The notes under the pieces: model-generated
Seen by the model: only the letters and a program-made list of their open reading frames with translations
Database searches by the model: none
Told to the model about the DNA's origin: nothing
In this document: positions 24,535-38,214 of the stretch, piece after piece
How the letters are laid out: each line of letters starts with the position of its first letter
Numbering within the stretch: the first letter of the stretch is position 1
Made by a program: the position numbers and the translations under genes
Source: Octopus bimaculoides
Taxonomy: Eukaryota
NCBI RefSeq assembly: GCF_001194135.2
Contig: NC_068985.1
Span: 96,127,281-96,191,280 of the forward strand
Length of the DNA stretch: 64,000 nt
Reading direction: 5' to 3'

Positions 24535-24613
24535 CACTTTCACCATCAGAAACATACTGCACTACTAATTCGTTCATTGGAAACCTGTAACCAGTGACAT
24601 TACTGTTAACCAA
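24535..24613 (-). CDS. Candidate 79-nt exon LVNSNVTGYRFPMNELVVQYVSDGES, CUB-domain-like
   Basis: Strong acceptor tttatttcatttcacag| and donor AGTG|gtgaga. NELVVQYVSD resembles the CUB strand [10 protein letters not shown] (recalled PCOLCE-type CUB). Confidence 0.35.
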
Positions 24614-25754
24614 CTGTGAAATGAAATAAATAAGACTATAAACATTTTATCTTTTCAAATTATTCGAAGTAAATATAGTCTGAAGTATATAGCCCCGATG
24701 ATATATAATACCTTTTTCTAAAAAAGTGAACACTGTATAAATCATTTTGGCCCCTGCTGTTGTCATGAATTTTCTTTGTTTATCATTTTTAATCATTATA
24801 TGTGACAAAATAAAAATCAAGCAAAAAGAAAAAAAAAAAACCATCCAACTTAAGATAGAAAATAGAATCTGACATTTAGTATTACTTTTCCATGTTGTGT
24901 AATAATAAGCCGTGATATCTTGTTGATTTACATTCACAAACAATGATGATAGACAAAAGTTGTCTATAACATAGAAAAATTTGCAATGTTTAGCAAGGCA
25001 GCCTACTTTATAAATATAAAGACAGTTTTAAGAGAAAAGTGATATACTATGTTAGTTAAAAATAGTTTTGAATATTAATCATACTAATAGAAGTGCAGTA
25101 AGTTTTATGTTTAGACTAGATATTCTCAGAATTTTCTAATTTAGCAAGGAGATAACTTCCTGTTGTATATTCCATATCAGATATCTCTGTTAAACATGTT
25201 ATTGTATTCTCAATGAATTAACAGAAAAATAAAAGAAATATTACACCAACTGAAGTGTGATTTTTCTAGCAGCTCAGTTACACAATTAGTGACATTAAAG
25301 TCAATGAAATCTTCGAGAGCATTTAGAAATTTTAAATAAATAACAGTTCCTGATTAGAAGTTATTAATGCATATCTACGTTAACAGTGTATCTATCCAAG
25401 AAAACAAAAGGACTCTTGAATCTCTTGAGAATTTTTTTTTTGGTTAGGATTACTAATGATTTGTTTATAAGTAATCTCTTAGATTGTTTTCTAATATAGG
25501 CGCAAAGTCGCAAGTTTTGGGAGTAGGGCATAGACAATCATGTTGATCCTAGTACTTGACTTGTACTTAAATTATAAAGTACACGAAGGAGGAACATAAT
25601 ATGTAAAAAATAATAAAAGATCTCTTACACATGTCAGTGATGTATGTTCAGTGTTGGTGTTTCTGTTGCTAATGTTGTTTGAGAAGATGGGGGGTGGTGG
25701 TCATTAAACAGAAATTTTTGATATTCATTGTTATACACACACACACACACATAT

Positions 25755-25890
25755 ACTCTTTTACTTGCTTCAGTCATTTGACTGCGGTCATGCTGGGGCA
25801 CCGCCTTTAGTCGAGCAAATCGACCCCAGGACTTTGGAAGCCTAGTACTTATTCTATCGGTCTCTTTTGCTGAACCGCTAATTTACGAGG
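25755..25890 (-). mobile_element. SINE family C, 3' part
   Basis: tactcttttacttgcttcagtcatttgactgcggtcatgctggggcaccgcc... Confidence 0.75.
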
Positions 25891-27479
25891 GCGTAAACAC
25901 TTTCAAAATTGTTTTGCCTAACAGCATGTACATCTGTTAGAAATAATTTACCAAATTATGAGTTGTCATGTTTTTATCAAGCAGTTGAATGCTCTACTAT
26001 AGATCAGACGTACTTCATTCTGTATGTTATTTTCAGCCACAATGTCACAACACACACACACACACACACACACAGGTAGGGACATTTGATTGAGTAAATT
26101 GTTTACAAAATATAACTAATACTTTCAGGTATGGAAATATTTGAAAATATGTTAATACCAGCGATTTTAATAAAAAAAAAAAAACTATAAAGGAAAAATA
26201 CTATTGAGTACTTTGTCAATTATGACATGATGTATATTTATCTAATTGATTTAATTAATTGCAAAGAATCTAACATATATTTCTTCTTTCTTGTCCCCTT
26301 AACTGAATGGTTTAGTTTCATTTTAGTTTACTAAGAAAAATTTCCTTTAGTGTAATGAAAAACAAATTTCGAATTCTTATTTTCTAACTTTCAAGGGTTT
26401 ACAACTAACAACTGTAACATTTTCTTCATCTGATAAAGATCAAAATAGTCCCAGGGCTTGATGGTTTTCTTCTCACCACACTCTGATATAGTGCTTTGCA
26501 ACCAAGCTCTTCGACATCTTTTTCAATGTAAACTTACATATACTAAGAAAATTGTGCCCTTATATGCAAGAAGGTTCTTATTTCATTTCACTAACACCCC
26601 ATTCCCTATCACCTCAACCCTAACTTTAACGCACAGAAATTCTTCCGGCAGAAGATACTGCCCTACACTTGCCCAAATACAAACTGCTGAGCATGCACAT
26701 TTTTCATAAGCAGCAACACTGATAAAATCTTGCACCAAGGATTTGACAAAAAATTTCATCAAGCAGCACATAATTTTAGATGTTGAAAATTTCCAGAAAA
26801 AATTGCCCAAACTTGCTGTCCAGAATCCTTTATTCATATGTACAGTATCTGATAACTTTTCGTGATGGCCACACGATCTTCAGGTAGTCATAAATATACT
26901 GTGAGAATACTTCGGTCTTCAAAAACAGCAAAAATTATACAAAATGCAAATCAGTCTTACACACAGGCACAACAAAGCAGTCCATTTCTTAAGCAAACCT
27001 TCAACTGGTTATTTAAAACAATTGATCCATTATCAATTTGAGCTCAGCCTTTGTTTCTTTAATGGCTGCCAGAAAGTTTCCACTCCTTATACATTCCTTC
27101 TCTTCTTACCATCTTCTAGAATAGTATGAGGAAGTGCAATTCACCTACCTCTCAAGTTCTCTTGCAGTGTCAACTTTCCAGCTGGGTTACATCTGAAAGG
27201 TGCCCTACGCACCTAACCTATGGCCAGAACCTAACGGCAAATTCCAGCTCATATGTTCACATGTGTCCATCTGTCATGACCACTCTGAAGTGAAGAGACC
27301 CACGCTGGTCCTACTTCCACCCACTCACCTCTGCTCTTCCGGTAGGGTCCCTCAGCCGTTGATGTTACTGATCCTTTACTCTTGGTTCACCTCATCTCCA
27401 CATCTAGTTTAATATTTAACCATACTCCCCAATGTTTCCTTCTGGAACCCTCTTCTTACTTATAACCCACATCTTTCCA

Positions 27480-27701
27480 TTAACTCTTTAGCATTTCAAC
27501 AGGACATATCTAGCCAAAAGATTCAACCAATTCTATGTTCAAACTCGTCAGATCTAGGTTTTAACACCTATCCTACAATGTTATTCTAAAAATAAACAAT
27601 CACATCAGTGAAATATGAAAACTATGAGATATTGAAGGATTAATTCAAAACAATAGATAAGCTTAACGTTTGACAAAGTAATCTGAATGCTAAAGAGTTA
27701 A
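27480..27701. mobile_element. TTAA-flanked MITE family A, full length
   Basis: TTAActctttagcatt ... aatgctaaagagTTAA inverted termini. Confidence 0.8.
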
Positions 27702-27805
27702 TCATTAAACCCATTAACTGCACTCAGTTATCCCTTAACTTGAAAAGGCTAATTAGTCAAATGGTTGGCTGTGAACCATAGAAGTATGTTTTGTATATAC
27801 AATAC

Positions 27806-28141
27806 CTCCGCATGAAGACACATGGCTCAGTAATAAGAGGGTTGGACTCACAATCATGAGGTAGTGAGTTTGATTCCCAGACTGGGTTGTGTGTTGTGTT
27901 CTTGAGCAAGACACTTCACTTCATGTTGCTCCAGTTCACTCAGCTGTAGAAATGAGTGCCAAACTGTCTCAGCATTTGCCTTTCCCTTGGAGAACATCGG
28001 TGGCATGGAGAGGGGGAGACTGGTTTACATGGGCAACTGCTGATCTTCCATAAACAACCTTGCTCAGACTTGTGCTTTGGAAGGGAACTTTCTAGGTGCA
28101 ATTCCATGGTTGTCAATGACCGAAGGGGGTCTTTACCCTTT
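27806..28141 (+). mobile_element. Third tRNA-headed SINE family (CORE-like)
   Basis: A box TGGCTCAGTAAT, B box GTTTGATTCC, central gtgttcttgagcaagacactt, and end gggggtctttaccctt. Confidence 0.7.
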
Positions 28142-29118
28142 GCCTCCACCTGACAGTTTGAGTAGGATACCACTAAAACCTATTGGTATACAGGAACAGA
28201 TTAGATATCAAGGACGAGGCAACAATATGGTGCACAAAAATAAAGGCAAAAAAATTTGAATGAAGCACATGAAGTTGCTGATGTTCTGACCTTATCAGCA
28301 GTGGTATGCACATCTCAGTATCTCACACTAGTGAGATCTTGAGGATGCTACTACTTTAAGCATGTATTTACTTTTTATACAAACAAGGGGGCTTTTACAT
28401 GATTGTTTAACCTGATAAAAAATTTTAAAAAGCAGCTAAATCTCTATCAAACTACACCCTGGCATCTCAGAAAAGACGAAACATGTTGAAGAACTTAATC
28501 TTGAAAACAATATGCCAAAAAAGAAAGATGATGGGCGTAATCATAACTTGAATATCAGTCAAACGGCAAAAAGGTGACACAGAACACCATGGTAAGGATA
28601 TTTTATAAAGCTGTGAACTGAAGTTGTTTGACATGTGATTTTCTCAATGAACTTTTTTGGTAGTTTTTAGGGCTTCTTTTCCTTACACTTTTAATAGATT
28701 AGTCAGGAGAAAAGGCAAACTCATGGCCCTTTAAAGGGCCTCTTTTACTGGTGGGAGCACCTAGCTTGAACAGAGTGAATTCTACTAGATGTACTGAAGG
28801 ACAAGTTGATGGTGGAGTTAAAGTATCTGATGAACTCACAGATTTAAGTTTACAAATCAAGGCATTTTCCTCTGTTTATAGACTTTGAAAAGTTATTGTG
28901 GAGTAGGAGAAATAAGTAACATGTATATTATTGAAGAGGGGGATTATGATAAATAAAGAATAGTATTGTTTTCAGTACACTTTTCTCTAGAATTGAAGAC
29001 TTTCTTTTACTTTGATTCAGTAATCAGTTACACATACATACACACACTTTGCAGTCAGTTTCATAAATGAACTTATAACTTGGTGAAATGTTTTAAAATA
29101 AAATTTTATGGTTTGTGT

Positions 29119-29134
29119 GCACACGTGCTCTCTC

Positions 29135-29204
<70 letters not shown>

Positions 29205-29240
29205 ACACACACACACACAAACACACAAACACACACACAC
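29119..29240. repeat. (CT)n-(CA)n microsatellite
   Basis: Visible directly. Confidence 0.95.
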
Positions 29241-29355
29241 AAACACACAATTGATTCACCAGCAATAAGGATGTCAAGTTTCATGTAAGCCAAGTTTGTA
29301 AGGCAGTTTTAGTTTCCTGTTGCAAGAATTTCTCTGTTCCACGTAATGTAATGTC

Positions 29356-29560
29356 TTAACCCTTCAGCATTTAAACTGGCCATATGTGGCTCAAATATTC
29401 TCCTTGCTTTATGTTAGAACTGGCCAGATCTGGCCTCTCACACCTACCTTGCAATGTTGTTCTAATAACAAACAATTGCATCATGGAAATCTTGAAGCTA
29501 GAAGATAACACATGATTAATTCAAGAACGAGAATAAATAAGCACTAATTTGACTATTATT
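29356..29560. mobile_element. TTAA MITE family A, partial
   Basis: TTAAcccttcagcatttaaactggccatat... Confidence 0.7.
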
Positions 29561-29747
29561 TTTAGTAGGTTACACAATCACATAGTGGCTCTCTTTTTTT
29601 GCTATGGTTGCTTTACAAGTATTTACAGCTGACAACCAAAAATCTATAGTTTGTAATGTGCCTCTTGTGCAACTTTCATATTCATCCAAGATTTATCAAG
29701 ACTATTGTAGGATTAAAGACTCTGGCAAAATATTCTCCATAAGTACA

Positions 29748-30100
29748 TCACCATCTTTTAACATCCGTTTTCCATGCTGGCATGGGTTGGATGGCTTGAT
29801 AGGAGCTGGTAAATCCAGAGGCCACATTAGGCTCCATTGTCTGTTTTGGCATGGTTTCTATGACTGGATACCCTTCCTAATACCAACCACTTCACAGAGT
29901 GTACTGGGAGCATTTTTTGTGACGCCATCACAAGTGCTTTTTATGTGGCACAAGCACAGGTATCAATTCTGCTCTGGTGGATGGGTCTTCTTGAATACAG
30001 CAAGGTGCTAGATGTCTCAATCCTTTGACATCTCCTTCATAAGACTCAGTGTCTTGAGATCAATTTGCAGTACTTTGTCTCATTTTTCCCAGGGTCTCCT
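29748..30100 (-). mobile_element. RTE 3' end, diverged
   Basis: catctttta acatccgttttccatgctggcatgggttgg...ctggatacccttcctaatacc. Confidence 0.65.
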
Positions 30101-31489
30101 TCTATCCCAAATTCTATCCATTTTAAGTGATTGGCATTTCTTGTTAACATTTAATTTAGTGAGTCCAAAAGACTTCTAATAAATTGAAATTACACTCATG
30201 AGGAGGAGAGAGAATCATTAGCTTAATTGTCAAATTTGAAAAAGGAAAGCAGGGAGAAAACTCTCAAATTTTAATAGACTACAATTAGTGGTGAGTGTTA
30301 GTATAATGATAACTAGAATTAAGTAATTGTATGTAGTTTGTTGGTCTTTTGCTATTTTCTTAGCTTGTTGTATCACATCTTAATATATATATATGGCCTC
30401 TCATTCACAACCGATGAAGTTCTAAGATATCATTTCCTGAGGTTGAATTTTCCTCCTATTATCTTATAGGTTTATATTATATTATACACACATCATATCA
30501 GATTATGTCATATATTATCATATCATATCTCCTTTTTCCCAATATGTAGAACATTGAAGGAAATCAAAGCACTGCAAGTCTGGCTGTACATATCAGGTCT
30601 TTAAAGAAGTTGTCGCTAACACGATTGTTTTCCTCTGCAGAGTTCTGCAAAACTCTGATACCACTTGAAACATTATTTTCAGGAAAGTGTTAAATCAACA
30701 AAAATATCTTAAATGCTTAAACCTTCTAAATATATATTACATGAGAAAAAAGACTGAGATTGTTATTTAAGCTAAGCAAAACATGCAAACTCATCATATA
30801 TCAAGAAATATAGTACCCTTTTCTTTGTGCCTTATCTTCTAAATGTCTTCCAACTACAGCCTTTAAATATAGACAATTAATTGTTTTATCAAGCCTGCTA
30901 TGATGTTGGTTGTAGTTAGACAGTTCTTTATTTCTACTATTTGAATTGAGAAAGTGAATTGACTGTTTAGTTATTTGTAATCTACCAGTCGTGACTGTCT
31001 GATATAACGGTAGTTAAATTTCATTCTACAAAATATGAAAATGTTACCAAAACATTAAGAAGATATATAATGTATAACAATTTCAAATTACTGTGTTTTC
31101 CATAAATATATGGAAAAGGAAACGTAAGCATGTTCAACGATTCGTCACGCTGTGATTCTGCATAATTGTTGTTATATTCTTGTGCAATAATTAGGTTAAG
31201 GATGAACATTTCAAGCAATATTTTCCAATAGAATAACAAGAAAAAACAATTTTATGGAGGTGTACTTGCCATGTTAGTGATTTCATCTGAGACTATGTGT
31301 TACAATTAAAACAATTACAGCATGGAAGACACATGAGAGCCATTCAAAAAGACACAAAAATCCAACCAAAGATGCAATGGAAGCATATCCAATGACCAAC
31401 TGCTGTGACAAAAATTTTGATACCAAATAAATCTTCAAGTGTAACTGACAGGTTTTGTACATTTTTGACTGGCCAACATGTATCTTTCA

Positions 31490-32000
31490 TGCTATAACCG
31501 AATTATATTTATTTTACTGCCAGCACAAGCTATTCACCAACACCTAGTTTCCTCAGAGCCCACAAAATTTCTGAACATGGTACCTTGTCAAATGTTTTTT
31601 CCAAATTAATGAAAGACAGGAACAGCCGTTTATTCTTAGCTAAGTACATTTTCTTGAAGTTGCCTTACTAGGAAGATTGTGTCTATGGTGCCTCTTCCAG
31701 GGACAAAGCCAAACTGTGTCCCATCCAGGTCTACTCTATCATGGATCAACTGAGCTACAGCTTTCTGTGATTTCCATAACTTGGTCTAGAAGTCTGGTTC
31801 CTCTATAGTTCCTTCTCCCTAAGGCATCGCCTTGGCCTTTGTAGCAGTTTACGATGATACTACTATGCAGTCACTGGGTACAACACCCTTGATTATTTTA
31901 TCTGCCACACTGCCGTCAACACGAACCACTGGTCCCTCTATTGGGTCAGCATTGGGTAACCCCTGTTTATCTCATGTGTTCTCTACTTTTAGCAGCCTTT
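31490..32000 (-). pseudogene. Decayed RTE reverse transcriptase fragment
   Basis: Minus strand: CYKGQGDALGRRNYRGTRLLDQVM..QFGFVPGRGTIDTIFLVRQLQE..SFINLEKTFDKVP..LWALRKLGV. Confidence 0.85.
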
Positions 32001-32079
32001 CATAGTTCAATTTGTGACCCAAAGGACAACTGCAACCTAATTTCAGTCAGTATTACATAATTTACTGCCTTAATAGAAA

Positions 32080-32300
32080 CATTGGTTTCAAATTTCAGCA
32101 CAAAACCAGCAATTTTGGGGAGGGGGAAAGTTGATTACATTGACCCCAATGTACAACTGGTATTTATTTTATTGACCCTGGAAGAATGAAAAGCAAAATC
32201 AACCTTGGTGGAACTTGAACTCAGAATGTGAAGACAGACAAACTACCATTAAGCATTTTGTCTGGCATGCTAACAATTTAGCCATCTCACCACCTTCATT
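32080..32300 (-). mobile_element. SINE family M
   Basis: aaatttcagcacaaaaccagcaattttgggg...attgaccc...gaatgaaaagcaaa...gaacttgaactcagaatg. Confidence 0.7.
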
Positions 32301-35233
32301 AGTATAAGTATTAGAAGATATTTCATACGCAATGTTTCCACCATTATTTATTTGAAAAGTGAATGAACACAGAAAAATCATTCAATCACCACTAGTTATA
32401 TTTAGCAATGGCATCAATCTGTTCAATAGCTGTTGCTGTTGTTACCCAAGCACAACAACCATCCTAGACTACATCCAAAAAAACAAAAAAAAAACAAACA
32501 AACGCCATCAGGGTGATTGGCAAACACTCAATTGCTAACATACTGTAGCTTATCCCACTGACAGTCCGTCACTGCACACTGTCTGTGACAAAGACAATGG
32601 CTGCTCTTTGGAACTAGCTAGTTATATACACACTTGTATCACTTTTTTTCATCACCCATAATATATCCCCCTGTCAAGGCCCCTTTACTATGCCCAATCC
32701 TTTTTCATTAGAATGTCAAACCCACTCATGTTTTCCCAGTAGATGTCAATTTAGAGATGTTGAAGTTGAACATCAACTGCATCATTCTCACTTGTCCCAA
32801 AGGGTTTACAAAAACCATCAGTACAACCCTTCTTTCTTGAATAAGCTATTTAAAAAAAAAACAAAAAAAAACTCATTTTGACAGAGGCATATTCAGGTGG
32901 GAGGGAGGGGGAACTAGCTTTCTACATGCAATTTTATCACCAGTGAAATCAATTACACGAAAATATCATTTCAGAACCTTTCATAAAAAAAAAAAAAAAA
33001 AAGCATTTTAAGTAAACTTGTTTGAAGTGAAGAATAATTTTTATGACTGAGTTGAAAATTGAACAAACTAATTTACAGTTAATTTCTAGAAGTTGTTTGA
33101 GAACCAAAAATTTGCAGCATCAGTAATTTTGCTGAATAAGAATATTTTTTTCTTTAATGTATCTGCATAACTCTTAGCATTTTTCAGGCCTCTTTTTCCT
33201 TTCTTTTCCTCTTCATGTCAATTTGTTTTTGCCATTTATTTCAAGATAACTACAGAAGATTAGAATTTCTCCACAGTAAAAGAATGTTGTTGAATTTACT
33301 TCAAATAATTAATGGATAATTTGGAGATATCTGTTTATTAGTAATTGAGTTTGCCATTTTGTGTTGTAAAAAGGTCATCTGTACAGCAAAAGTTCATAGT
33401 TTGTGCAACCAAAACTTACTGAGCTTCAAGACCTACTTCTGTAGATTTCTACACTATTCATGACAAAACCATTTTAGAACATGGCTAATTACACACACTT
33501 CACCCAAACTGGCCACCCCACTTTCTATTTTATTTTCTGATTTTAACTCAGTTCTTTATTTATATTTCTGCCACTATTTTCTTCAAAGATCAGCAACATA
33601 TTAACTTAATTTGGTATGGAAATTAAACAATTCTCATATGCATATATGCACTCTCTTTCACAGGCATACATTTCCTTGAACATCTCGAGAACTTAGACAT
33701 TTATTTTCCCTTTTTTTTTTTAAACTGCTTGCTTTTTTCAAAGTAATTAAATATTTATTCATAATTGACTTAACTTCTGTAATTTTTAAAAATTATAAAA
33801 TAAAATACTATATAGATTTAATTTATAAAATATTGTACTTTCAAGAGATTAGTGAGAGGTCACGAAAAAGCTATCCTCAACCCAGAAACCAGGCTTGAAT
33901 GTTTCTAACAGACTGGACTTCATGAAAGGCAACCATAGACCAGGCAGTGGTAGTCGTGGCCTGGATTTCATAACTTCCTTCAACCAAATTTTACTTACAA
34001 ACTCTGGTTGCCCTGAGTTAGACAACACTTGCCCAAAGTGCTACAAAGTAAGACGTAGTATCAAAGTTATGTGTGCCTGCATGAGTGTGTATGTGTTTGT
34101 AGACCATTAAATTGATATATAGCTTGATGCAGGCATCTAAGTAGACATCCCTGATCTCCTGAAGAAACAAAGCAAAAGAAACAAAACAAAAGCAAAAGAT
34201 AGTTCAAGAATTGGTCCAAGCTTTCACCTAAACAATACAAGACATTAGTCTTGGACAATGTAAAATACAAATAAAATTCAGGAATAACTGAGCAACTGTT
34301 TTTTTTTCTTTTTTTTATCAATACATGTACATCACAATATTATGGCAAATTAAAAGAAGCCATATTCGTATCAATATGATGGCCTATACTTAATAGAAAG
34401 TACAAAAGAAATAGCAATGATCCTACCGCCACCAGTCTGTAGATATAAATCCCCCACCCCTATATAGATTTATACGTGTGCCCACATATAAATTTGTGCA
34501 TGCATATCTGCATGTGTGGACCAGTGTGTACATGGATTCAATTATGGGATTGATGAATAGAATTGTAGTCATGTACTGTGGCCAATGTGGTTGAATGGTC
34601 ATCCTCCTTCCCTATTTCCAGCCTTGTATCTATGCTGGGAATGAGTCTATGTATATGTATACATAAAAAAAAAGAAATGAAGAATTAGCATTCCCACCAT
34701 CAGCAGACCCAGGATATGCAAGCCCTACTACCACATGTGTTGTTGGATGCACAAATGCATGCATGCACATACACACACACACACACTTGACTGTATGCAT
34801 GCGTGTGAGGTTGCTCGTGAATGCAACAAGTAAAATGTAATCCAGCACTATCTGTGGTACATTTGGATCATACATGACAAAACTGGGTCCCCACAGGACT
34901 TGTGTGTAAGATGGCTTGCTAGAATAAGTACATATCTGTGAATAAATTCATTATTTCCTTGAGAGATAACAATAATAGGAAGACGTACAGCCAGGAACTG
35001 TGACTAGAAGGCTTATAGGTGTAGGCACATACATGCACACAACACACACGCACACAATTTGTTCTCACAGAAACTGACCAAAAATGTAAAAAAATCAAAA
35101 CCTCAACAGACCACACGTAAATCTCCACCCACATGCCATTACACATGCACATTTACTCACTTCCTCACCCTCCAAAAAGTACAAATACAGTAGCAGAACT
35201 CAAGAGATGCAGTTAAGATACAACATAACAGAC

Positions 35234-35287
35234 CTGGGGAACTGAATGTATGTCATTGCTGAGGTTGTAAATGGTGACAAAAGGACC
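35234..35287 (-). CDS. Candidate 54-nt phase 0-0 exon GPFVTIYNLSNDIHSVPQ
   Basis: Acceptor cctttcatttttaag| and donor CAG|gtctgt; phase-compatible with 24535-24613. No independent homology. Confidence 0.2.
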
Positions 35288-35408
35288 CTTAAAAATGAAA
35301 GGATTCACTAATTGATTGAATAATTAATCAAGCAATCAGTTAATTAGCTAGATGACTGATGATAATAAAAAGTAAAATAGAGTCAGTGCACGTATTTCTA
35401 TTGATAAA

Positions 35409-35800
35409 ATGACTCTCCAAGATACAACATCTGTTTCAACACACGATTTCACATCAAGGATTTTGCAAAACAAATATAAAAATGAAGCCTTCTTTAAAAA
35501 TATGCCAAAACTATTTAAGCTCTGTCTTAAAAGGAAAAAAAAAAACCTACAAGACCACCTGGCACCCATTCTAAAGAAAAACTTAGAATTAATATCCTCC
35601 ATCCATCCAGCGTATTAAAAAAGATACCCTCTTTCAAACATCATTAAACATTGCTGAGTCTTAATGTAACCAACAAACCTGGTTGTCATCACATGTCAGC
35701 CTATCTAGCTATTATTACTACCTCAGCTTTGTGTTCACTGATGATTTCAGACATCCACCCGGATACCTAGATGAAACCATGGGATGTGCGTAATAGTCTA
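35409..35800 (+). mobile_element. Penelope-like element 3' remnant (GIY-YIG C-terminus) with a decayed hammerhead-like motif
   Basis: The ORF contains KLCLKRKKKNL..PILKKNLELISSIH, resembling the PLE motif LCL.EK..I....LNK..ELIS.C.H. CTGATGA at 35738 and GAAA-CCATGG at 35773 lie downstream. Confidence 0.45.
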
Positions 35801-36651
35801 TACTCATGTGTCAACAAATTTATATTAAGTATATTTAATGTTTTTGAATGTGAAAACCATAAGCTTACAAACTGTGTTTGTACGATTATAAGACATTATA
35901 AACAACAATTTTAGACAGAGGAAAGGAACAGGCCCACTGTTAGAAGTGACGCATTATGCATCTGTGTGTGTGGGGGGGTTCTAGCAGTAGTACCAAGCCC
36001 TGCCAAAGTTTATTTATACCTAAAAATAAATGTAATCATACAAACTCACTATATTTTGGTAAAAAATAGGTTTTAAAGGGAAATTGCTGGCAACATTTAG
36101 TTGATCTGGAAATGCTGATGCACTCTGGGTTGCTGCAGTAGAACCTATCAGAAAAGAGTTCAAGTTGAGCTCCATAAAAATGCACTAAATAAATAAATAG
36201 AAATATAAAATAATAATAGTAAGCTAACAAATATAGAATAAGCTATATTTCTTGATATGCGTGCTAATTTGCATAACTATTGCAAATAAATTTCTAGCTC
36301 AGCCTGCTAGAAATAGCAGTTCAGTTAAATCTGCTTACATGCACTCCACCTTCAACTATCTCAAAGAATAAAAACAGAAGAATATACTGGATACCTTACT
36401 CTTAAACCTAATATCGGTAGAATGGGCATGGCTGGAACTAGCTTTGACAGACAGAAAAAAGGAAAATGTTCTAGCTATTTGAAGACTATGGAAATATTTA
36501 CTAAACATTTCATCTATTTTTTCTTCAATTTAATTTTTTACTTGTTTTTACTCTTAGTTGAAAAAGTCGAAAAGACCGAAACCAATACCAACCTTTACAA
36601 AATGTATTTCATGATAAAATTATTTTAAGATTTTCTACCTTGCCTTATTTT

Positions 36652-36704
<53 letters not shown>

Positions 36705-37479
36705 TATGCTTGCAACCAAAGCTAATTATTGGCTCCATTGCTAAGCAGTATTTCTTGCTACATTTGGCCAGTAAATCACAAACTTTCAATGAATTATCAA
36801 ACTGTGTATTGCGTATTTTTCTTTTGAATATCCAATCATATGTACACACACACACACACACACACACGCTCATACGTACAGCTGTTATAGTGCATACTAA
36901 TCAGTAACTTCCAGTCAACTAAAATGGGTCAAGGAAAAGAATGTGACAAATGCCATAATTAAATTTCATACACCAATACTTACTAATAAGAATAAATAAG
37001 ACCAATCTGCTACAATATAAATCAAGTGTTTAACTTTTTTTCCATAACTTAGCTTTCTGATATTTGATATATCATTGTTCAACACTCAGAAAGCTATGTT
37101 AGAGACAGAAAATGAAGTAAACATAGCTAAGAAAAAGGGATACTGAGAAGGAGAGGGTAGAAAAATCTCCAGAAGAATCAGGTAAGTGGCCTTATTTGGT
37201 ATACTACTGAGAAAGGAATAGGCGGGAGCTAAGTATTAAATAATTAGTATAAACAAAAGTTGCCATACCAAATTAATGGCAAACCAAATCTTTAGCTGCA
37301 CCAGACACACTACAACAGTTAAAAGTATGAATACAAATGAAATAAGAGCAACAGTTCCTAAGAGGATTACCTCTGAAGAATGACCAAGCATGAACATAAA
37401 ATCATAAAATGCTGGAATTCATTACAGCTTAAAGCTTCTTAATTTATTCTAGTTTGTTGATATTATTTAACATCATTTT

Positions 37480-37777
37480 TACAATACAGACCAGCACTTG
37501 TCCCCTTGAAATTCAGTGCCACCTGACTGGTGCTGTGCCAGTGGTGCATAATAAGAACCATTCAAGTGTGGTCGTTGCCAGTGCCGCCTGACTGGCCCCG
37601 GTGATACATAAAAAGCATCCACTACACTCTCGGAGTGGTTGGCGTTAGGAAGGGTATCCAGCTGTAGAAACATTGCCAGATCGGATTGGAGCCCAGTGCA
37701 GCCTTCTGGTTTGCCAGCCCTCAGTCAAACTGTCCAATCCATGCCAGCATGGAAAGCAGACGATGATGATGATGATG
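37480..37777 (+). mobile_element. RTE LINE 3' end with (GAT)n tail
   Basis: ...aaaagcatccactacactctcggagtggttggcgttaggaagggtatccagc...gacgatgatgatgatg. Confidence 0.8.
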
Positions 37778-38214
37778 AATGAAGGACTGAAAAACAGACA
37801 AGAAACTGGTTTAAAATATGGTTCTCCCATTTAATTGAGGGAGAGAGAGAGAACCTCTATGAAGTTACTTGTCTAAATACTCCTCCAATCAGTCCCTTCC
37901 AGCTTAAAGAAGGAAAGGTTGGGTAAGGATATAGTCTAGGGTATGCAATACCCGAATGCAATGGAGTGGTTTTGGTTGGAATACTTTGCTTCTCAGCTCT
38001 ATTCATTTTGTGGTGACATGGGACTAAGTAACAACAGTACAGTGGCTAATGTTAAATGAAGATGAAATTTATAGAAAAGTTCAATGTTGAAGTTTGAAAT
38101 GTTAATATTTCACAACAAATTTTCGAAGATTATGAGCTATATTGTATAAGCAATACTTAATCTTATAAATCTGTTTTTGCAAACATTTTTTCTTTTACTT
38201 ACATGAGATAGACA

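Noticed and set aside
32790-32850. Exon-like segment with two open frames
   Set aside because: No homology and an ambiguous frame; such candidates arise by chance in AT-rich introns.
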